Position numbers and translations under genes: made by a program. A stretch of DNA of 51,694 nucleotides from a virus. Its lineage: Duplodnaviria; Caudoviricetes. Location: positions 1 to 51,694 of the IMG/VR virus record IMGVR_UViG_3300030376_002336; one strand, given 5' to 3'. Below the pieces are notes generated by a model that saw nothing but the letters and a program-made list of their open reading frames with translations, was not told the origin of the DNA and searched no databases. Each line of letters starts with the position of its first letter. Positions within the stretch are counted from its first letter, which is position 1. Positions 46,186 to 51,694 of the stretch are shown here, one piece after another.

Positions 46186-47163
46186 CTATTTATTTAAGGT
46201 TTGTTTTAATAATGGTTGTATTGCTTTATGAAACTCTTTAAATCCAACTTGCTTCATAGCATCAGATACATCTTTAGCTATAGGGCAAATTATTCCATCC
46301 AGTTTATAAAGGTTATTATATTTATTTACTGCAGTCTTACCTGCTTCATCATTATCAAAAAGTGTTATTACTTTTTTATACTTTCTCTTTAAGTGTTCTA
46401 TAACATGGGGTTTAATCATAGTATTCTCACTGTCTGGTGCTAATACTTCTATGTTATAACCCATACCTTTTAAACACATTGCATCTTTAAGAGATGAGCA
46501 TATAATTAAATAAGGTTGGTCAAACTTCAATTGATCAAAGCCCTGTAAATAAGGCTTAACTTTATGAAACTTATGCTTCTTGCTATGAGGTTGGTATATT
46601 TTATATACTTCATTATTCTTATCAAAGTATCCATACATATGCTTACTACCAATTCTCAATTTTTTAACTTCATTTGACTCTTCTTTGATTAGGTTATAAT
46701 AATCTATAGGTTTTACATTATATGACTCTAGCATTGTTTTACCAATCCTAAAGGATAACCAATAATCTCTGTCTTCCACGGTCCATTGTCTTTCTTTAAT
46801 GAAATCAACTTCCCATTTAGACTGAGGCTCAAACTTCTGTTCAATATATTCTGATGAACTCACGTACTTGTTGTAATCCCTTACCATTCTCTGCATTGCA
46901 GTAGGAAAATCTAAGCTAAATAATTCTTTAACTAAATCAACCTTATTGCCGCTCTTACCAGTTGAGAAATCCTTAAACTTATATTGCATAACTGTCTTAT
47001 CAACATATATGCAAAAGCTTGGTGTTCTCTCAGTACTATTAAAGATAGAAACAATCTTTAAGTCTTGACCTGTAAGTCTTTCTGGTAGATCTAAATAGTA
47101 TTGAAAAACCCATGTACTTGGTATATCAGATCCTTCTAGTACAAAGTTTTTAGTATTAAACAT
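46186..47163 (-). CDS. dnaG: DnaG-type primase (crAss-like)
   Basis: ERTPSF...FKDFSTG N-terminal domain; TOPRIM SSLKD...LFDNDEAG...KDVSD. Confidence 0.85.
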   Translation of the reverse strand: MFNTKNFVLEGSDIPSTWVFQYYLDLPERLTGQDLKIVSIFNSTERTPSFCIYVDKTVMQYKFKDFSTGKSGNKVDLVKELFSLDFPTAMQRMVRDYNKYVSSSEYIEQKFEPQSKWEVDFIKERQWTVEDRDYWLSFRIGKTMLESYNVKPIDYYNLIKEESNEVKKLRIGSKHMYGYFDKNNEVYKIYQPHSKKHKFHKVKPYLQGFDQLKFDQPYLIICSSLKDAMCLKGMGYNIEVLAPDSENTMIKPHVIEHLKRKYKKVITLFDNDEAGKTAVNKYNNLYKLDGIICPIAKDVSDAMKQVGFKEFHKAIQPLLKQTLNK

Positions 47164-47176
47164 ATAACAAAAATAA

Positions 47177-47219
47177 TAAAAAGATATGGGCCCAGCATTA
47201 CACTGAGCCCACTCTTTTT
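47177..47219 (-). terminator. Intrinsic-terminator-like hairpin between the SSB-like gene and primase
   Basis: TGGGCTCAG-7nt-CTGGGCCCA (one G-U on the minus strand) followed by TATCTTTTT. Confidence 0.7.
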
Positions 47220-47229
47220 AAATTACTAA

Positions 47230-47904
47230 CTACAAATCAAAGTCATCACCTGTTGATCCTGCTGGCTCAAAGCTAGTTGTTGTAGCAACTTCCTTTTTAA
47301 CCATAGGTCTAAAGTGATTAGTGTCATTCTTGTCAAAGGTAAGTAAGTTAGAATTTTCTGTTTCTAAAGCTTCTAACGGTACACCGTTTCTACTTCTCTT
47401 AGGTAAGAACAAATCATTATTTACATAACCTTCTTTGTTTTCCCACTCACGTGCACCTAAGCATGCATTAATATAACCAGTACCTGAACATACTTTTGCA
47501 GCCTTAACCATAAAGTCTTCAATAGTATTTGCTTCAATAGCATCAAGTTCATCTCTTTTATTTACAACCTCTGATAAAAATACCATAGCTTTCAATACTT
47601 CTGTATCTCTACTAATCTCATTACCATTAGCTAAAGTTGCATCCTTAAATGGATACGGAGAGAATCTAACTCTGCCTACTTGACCTTCATAACGTGGTCC
47701 ATTAGGGTTGTTCATATCTTTTAAGAAGCCGTTGAACTCTCCTGTTACTGGTTCACCTTCTATATGTAGTGTAATATTATATGCATCTGCATCATATGGT
47801 GTTTGATCAAAGGTAATAGAGTTGATTTTAACTTTGTGATTACCTGTTCCAATTACTGGTTTAATTCCACCTGATCCGGCAGACATGTCTTTAGTACTTA
47901 ACAT
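47230..47904 (-). CDS. Putative single-stranded DNA-binding protein
   Basis: Beta-rich N-terminus, acidic aromatic tail GDDFDL, position downstream of the AAA_24 ATPase. Confidence 0.6.
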   Translation of the reverse strand: MLSTKDMSAGSGGIKPVIGTGNHKVKINSITFDQTPYDADAYNITLHIEGEPVTGEFNGFLKDMNNPNGPRYEGQVGRVRFSPYPFKDATLANGNEISRDTEVLKAMVFLSEVVNKRDELDAIEANTIEDFMVKAAKVCSGTGYINACLGAREWENKEGYVNNDLFLPKRSRNGVPLEALETENSNLLTFDKNDTNHFRPMVKKEVATTTSFEPAGSTGDDFDL

Positions 47905-47932
47905 AATTTACTTTTTTTATTAATTATTAATT

Positions 47933-48616
47933 TTACTTATTGTATTCTTCAATACAATTCTTTACTAATTGTAAGTCATTTGGAATAAATGATTCCTCAA
48001 ACATACCCATTGGTGATTTACATGTGTTCTCTCCATTGTTTTGAGTTTCAAAACCATATTCAAGTTCACCATCATCATTTTTATTTACTCTTCCAAAGAG
48101 CACAATAGAGAATAGACCTTCTAAAGTTAGAGTATTGTCAATCATTTTACCAATAGTCTTTGCTTTAACTTTTCTATTTCCATTTATATCAGTTGAATCT
48201 TCTGAGTGAGTCAAAAAGATTATAGTTAGATCATCTCTCAAATCTTTAGGAAGCTTAGCAACCATTGCTAAGTTAGCTGCAATTTGAGTAAACTTATCAT
48301 AACCTTTCTCATTAGCTCTATCAAAGTATTCAAAAGAACTCATATACTGCCAGTCATCTACAACAATTGTTTTGATTTCTGTCATTTTATCATTAACATG
48401 CTTCATTGCCTTAATAATACCAGGAGCTGATGCTGCTGATGTTAGATTACCTTTAGGGTTTTCTTTACTAATCTGAGTATACTTACTCTTATAGCCCTTA
48501 AAAGGTAAAGGTTTATTTGCAATGTTAATAATGAAAGTCTCTTTGGGGTCTAATGTTCTAATTGAGGTAGACTTTCCTGTACCTGAATCAGCAATTACTA
48601 ATACGCTCTGTGCCAT
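47933..48616 (-). CDS. AAA_24 / Sak4-like P-loop ATPase
   Basis: ADSGTGKST, IVVDDWQY, FLTH, KTIGKM, TCKSPMGMF. Confidence 0.85.
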   Translation of the reverse strand: MAQSVLVIADSGTGKSTSIRTLDPKETFIINIANKPLPFKGYKSKYTQISKENPKGNLTSAASAPGIIKAMKHVNDKMTEIKTIVVDDWQYMSSFEYFDRANEKGYDKFTQIAANLAMVAKLPKDLRDDLTIIFLTHSEDSTDINGNRKVKAKTIGKMIDNTLTLEGLFSIVLFGRVNKNDDGELEYGFETQNNGENTCKSPMGMFEESFIPNDLQLVKNCIEEYNK

Positions 48617-48618
48617 GT

Positions 48619-49182
48619 TTAACTACTTAATTTATTCATAATATTTCTAATTGATTTGAGTGTTTCATTTAATTCATGTAACGCTTCTGCTACCGGGTTC
48701 TCAATCTTGTCATCAGGATTAGGTAAACTTGGATTAGCAAAGTCTATTACTTTTTGCTCATTATCTATAATGTTTAATCCACCTCCTCTGCTAGTGACAT
48801 CATTAATTACTTTAAGTTCACTAGCTGGTATCAAGTGTCTTTGAAACCCTGAGTTACTAGTTATTAGCTCATACTCATCTTTCCAATGAGGGTTGTATTT
48901 ATGTAAATACAAAGTTCTCTTTGGATCTTCTGAGTCATAATCTATACTAACAAACTCTGTGTATATATCTTTTTCTTTCTCCATTTCACTTGGAAAGAAA
49001 CTGACATGTAGGTCATCCTTACCAGATGGTCTATAAGCCATCTTAGGAATATATAATGCATTAATGATACCTTCTGTTTGAAAGTAATCTTCATGCTCCT
49101 CTCTAAGTTTTGCAACTTTTTTTTTACGTTCTGCTGGTGTTAATCCCATAATTTCTCTATTTATATTTTTTGTATTTATCAT
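48619..49182 (-). CDS. Hypothetical protein
   Basis: 187-aa ORF in the replication operon. Confidence 0.7.
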   Translation of the reverse strand: MINTKNINREIMGLTPAERKKKVAKLREEHEDYFQTEGIINALYIPKMAYRPSGKDDLHVSFFPSEMEKEKDIYTEFVSIDYDSEDPKRTLYLHKYNPHWKDEYELITSNSGFQRHLIPASELKVINDVTSRGGGLNIIDNEQKVIDFANPSLPNPDDKIENPVAEALHELNETLKSIRNIMNKLSS

Positions 49183-50135
49183 CTCCTTTCTTGTTGACCT
49201 GGGGTAGGCATTTCTTCTATCTGCATTTGCTCAAACTTTGCTCTAAAGAATGACATTCTTGCATCACCATTTCTAGCTTTTAAGAAATGAAGAACCAATG
49301 TCCTATCATTTTCTATTATATATCTATCAGGTCCATAGAATCTAATCTTTTGCTTAGCTGGTCTGTTGATACCTACTAACATATCTGCATGCTGTAGCAT
49401 TGCATCTGAGCCAAATATGTCTGACTCAAGTATATAGTTACCATACTTACCATCTATAGCCCTATCCGGGTTATCTATATTTCTATTAAGTTGTGATAAA
49501 GCAATAAACAAACATGGATAATCTCTCTTACACTGTGTAAAGAACTCACCCAACTCAAATAACATATCTAATGTGCTATTCTGATAAGGTGCTCTCTTAA
49601 CTAACATAGTGTGGTCAAGTGTTATCATTGTATTTACTCCTTTATGTATATTCATATAAGCATCTATCTGTTCACGCATTTGGTTTACAGTCATAGGTGT
49701 ACTAATTATATCTACTGGATGTTTAACTCTTTCTTTAGCATACTGATGACATGTGTTTAATGTATCTGTACTTAAAGTAGATCCGGCACTACATAATTCT
49801 TTATAGGTTTTACCGGTTATAGAACTAAACTCTCTAATAGCTGAGGTTCTACCTACCATCTCAAACTGAAACTCTAATACCCTGAACTTATCATTTGGAT
49901 TTAAAGCAAATGATTCTCTTATGATTTGGTCCTTAATAAGTGTTTTACCTGAACCAGGTCTACCACCAATTACAGTTAATGTATTCCACTCTATACCATC
50001 AGTAGCAGCGTCATTAAACTTAGGCCAAGGTGTATATATAGATTTCTCCTCTCCAGTTGATCTCTTAAACATATATTTAAGAGCTTCATTGAAAGCTGCA
50101 TATTGCCCAACCCATGCTTCTGATGTTTTTTTCAT
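49179..50135 (-). CDS. dnaB: DnaB-like replicative helicase (ATPase domain only)
   Basis: GGRPGSGKT, FEM, ITLDH, LSQLNR, KARNG. Confidence 0.9.
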   Translation of the reverse strand: MKKTSEAWVGQYAAFNEALKYMFKRSTGEEKSIYTPWPKFNDAATDGIEWNTLTVIGGRPGSGKTLIKDQIIRESFALNPNDKFRVLEFQFEMVGRTSAIREFSSITGKTYKELCSAGSTLSTDTLNTCHQYAKERVKHPVDIISTPMTVNQMREQIDAYMNIHKGVNTMITLDHTMLVKRAPYQNSTLDMLFELGEFFTQCKRDYPCLFIALSQLNRNIDNPDRAIDGKYGNYILESDIFGSDAMLQHADMLVGINRPAKQKIRFYGPDRYIIENDRTLVLHFLKARNGDARMSFFRAKFEQMQIEEMPTPGQQERR

Positions 50136-50722
50136 ACTACGTTTTCTTTAAAGTGTTCTTCTTCAGTTTCTATTCCATCAATAATCATATCACAATAGTC
50201 TGCCAGAGTTGAATGTTTAACTCTATGCTTATCTTGTTTAGATATAAAGTACTGACTGGTTTGCATATACAGGTATTCTTTATCTCTGTACTCATTAACA
50301 TACATTTTAGTTGCTTTGATTATCTCATCCCAGCTATAGTCATATGTTTCAAAGAACCATCTAAAGTTTTCACCTAATGCTTTGATATTATTTCTTGCAG
50401 GCTTACCGCTTGGTAATTTTTTAGCAGGAAATATTTCCCTATAGGTATGAATCTTATCATTGAAGTTCTTACCCATAAGTTGTATATCTGTTTTCTTTTT
50501 GGCTTTTATAAAATAATTATCAAGCCTAACACAAAAAGCTTTTGCTTCTGGTGTCATTGTATAAAGGCCATCTGCTTTTACAAGCATGCCTAATTTTACT
50601 AAATCTTCTTTATCTTCAGCTTTAATCTTGGGCAATGAAATTCCTTGCTTGATCCCAAATAGGATCAGACATTGGTTTGGAGTCATCTTTCTCTTCAAGA
50701 TTTGCTGGAACAGTTCCCACAT
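50132..50722 (-). CDS. Putative replication initiation protein (N-terminal winged-helix-like)
   Basis: 196 aa directly upstream of DnaB; YREIFP...EIIKATKMYV...YMQTSQYFI. Function is inferred from context. Confidence 0.5.
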   Translation of the reverse strand: MWELFQQILKRKMTPNQCLILFGIKQGISLPKIKAEDKEDLVKLGMLVKADGLYTMTPEAKAFCVRLDNYFIKAKKKTDIQLMGKNFNDKIHTYREIFPAKKLPSGKPARNNIKALGENFRWFFETYDYSWDEIIKATKMYVNEYRDKEYLYMQTSQYFISKQDKHRVKHSTLADYCDMIIDGIETEEEHFKENVV

Positions 50723-51140
50723 ATTCTATTAGTTTTGACATTAATTTATCAAATGTTTCTATAATCTCTCTGTCCTTTGCAAAGAAAGCATTTTCCATCA
50801 TTCTACATGAGTTAATCACTGTTGCGTGATTCTTTCCTATGGATCTAGCTATGCTTGTTTTAGTATGACCATCTTGCCATGCTATATAACACATAGTCTG
50901 TACCCACTTTACATAGTCTCTCTTTCTAAGTCTTGTACCTGAAATCTTTTCTATGTATTTGAACTCTGGGTTGTTCTCATGTATAACTGCTAAAGTAACT
51001 TTATGATACTCATCTAAAGGTATCCTGTATCTTTCTTCTGAGGGAGTAAAAACATAGAGTGTTACACCATGTCTTTTTCTAAAAGCTTTTTTAAATGCTT
51101 CTATCTCTTTTCTCTGTTTAACTTGTTGATTTTGAGACAT
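50622..51140 (-). CDS. Protein with DnaA C-terminal (domain IV) HTH
   Basis: RKRDYVKWVQTMCYIAWQ..TKTSIARSIGKNHATVINSCR matches the DnaA domain IV pattern IG..F.RDHTTV. Confidence 0.75.
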   Translation of the reverse strand: MSQNQQVKQRKEIEAFKKAFRKRHGVTLYVFTPSEERYRIPLDEYHKVTLAVIHENNPEFKYIEKISGTRLRKRDYVKWVQTMCYIAWQDGHTKTSIARSIGKNHATVINSCRMMENAFFAKDREIIETFDKLMSKLIEYVGTVPANLEEKDDSKPMSDPIWDQARNFIAQD

Positions 51141-51163
51141 TTATATTTTGGTTTTATAGGTTA

Positions 51164-51194
51164 TAAATATAAGTAAATTTACCAGTCTATGCAA
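51164..51194 (-). promoter_or_regulatory. Candidate Bacteroidota-type promoter
   Basis: TTG-N20-TATATTTA; shares AATTTAC before the -7 box with the 35617-35647 promoter. Confidence 0.4.
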
Positions 51195-51694
51195 TCTTTT
51201 CCTTGCTTTTTTAGCTCTTCATTTGCTTGGTTAAATACATCTTTACAATCCCATTCTCCACCTCTATATGCAGCTGATGCTGGGTGAGGACATTTAAGGA
51301 TTATACAGTCTGGTAACAAAGTTTGCCATTCTTCTGCTTTCTTTCCCATTAGAATAACAATAGTCTTTTTTTTATGTCTATTTATATTATCAAATAGGTA
51401 TTGAGTAAATGGTTTCCATATGTGATAATGTGAGCCTATCTTATTGATCTCTACAGTAAACGCTGTATTAAGTAACAGCACACCCTGGTTAGACCAACGT
51501 CTTAAGTCACATTCTTCTGGTGTATATATAACTCTACCTGTGTCAGTATAATCACCTATAGTTTGTTTTAGTATGTATTGCAGGGATTTTTCTGCTTTAC
51601 CTTTTCTACTACAACTAAATGCAATACCATCTGCAACTCCAAGCTGCGGGTATGGATCTTGTCCAACTATAATAACTTTAACATCATCATAGGG
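51179..51694 (-). CDS. ung: Family 1 uracil-DNA glycosylase (5'-truncated by window)
   Basis: Frame is open to the window end: VKVIIVGQDPY...GIAFS...WSNQGVLLLN...HPAS. Confidence 0.95.
   Translation of the reverse strand, partial: PYDDVKVIIVGQDPYPQLGVADGIAFSCSRKGKAEKSLQYILKQTIGDYTDTGRVIYTPEECDLRRWSNQGVLLLNTAFTVEINKIGSHYHIWKPFTQYLFDNINRHKKKTIVILMGKKAEEWQTLLPDCIILKCPHPASAAYRGGEWDCKDVFNQANEELKKQGKDCIDW

Noticed and set aside
18267-50135. Introns or inteins in nrdA, polB or dnaB
   Set aside because: These ORFs are continuous and compact, with no splicing or homing-endonuclease motifs.
1-51694. Stop-codon reassignment as seen in some crAss-like phages
   Set aside because: Genes are full length under the standard code, and TAG and TGA both terminate genes (e.g. 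nrdA with TAG, polB with TGA).

Overview
This 51.7 kb AT-rich window comes from a crAss-like (Crassvirales-type) phage genome. The host is most likely a marine Flavobacteriia/Bacteroidota species, inferred from TAnnTTTG/TTTG promoters, A-rich starts without Shine-Dalgarno sequences, and a Flavobacterium-type class Id RNR. Layout: (1) 1-18270 (+): giant virion RNA polymerase (DFDID), a second giant virion protein with a PD-(D/E)xK domain, and a three-gene envelope module. (2) 18267-21170 (-): nrdAB. (3) 21341-33789 (+): many tiny basic proteins, a holin, three tail-fibre-like proteins and a SET-domain protein. (4) 33782-51694 (-): replication/repair block with a dATP/dGTP diphosphohydrolase, DUF932-like protein, spore photoproduct lyase, PolB, unannotated Fis-like HTH, PD-(D/E)xK nuclease, a five-gene MoxR/VWA module, RusA-like resolvase, primase, SSB-like protein, AAA_24 ATPase, DnaB, DnaA-domain-IV protein and UDG. 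Most notable observations: the two giant ejected proteins are cysteine-free except for one Cys each at their facing termini; TCG appears to be absent from the + strand; an SP lyase retaining its catalytic residues co-occurs with small basic proteins and a SET methyltransferase; a MoxR/VWA operon has three partners sharing a motif; and structured leaders or terminators sit just before replication genes. All calls come from motif recognition by eye; no searches or computations were run.
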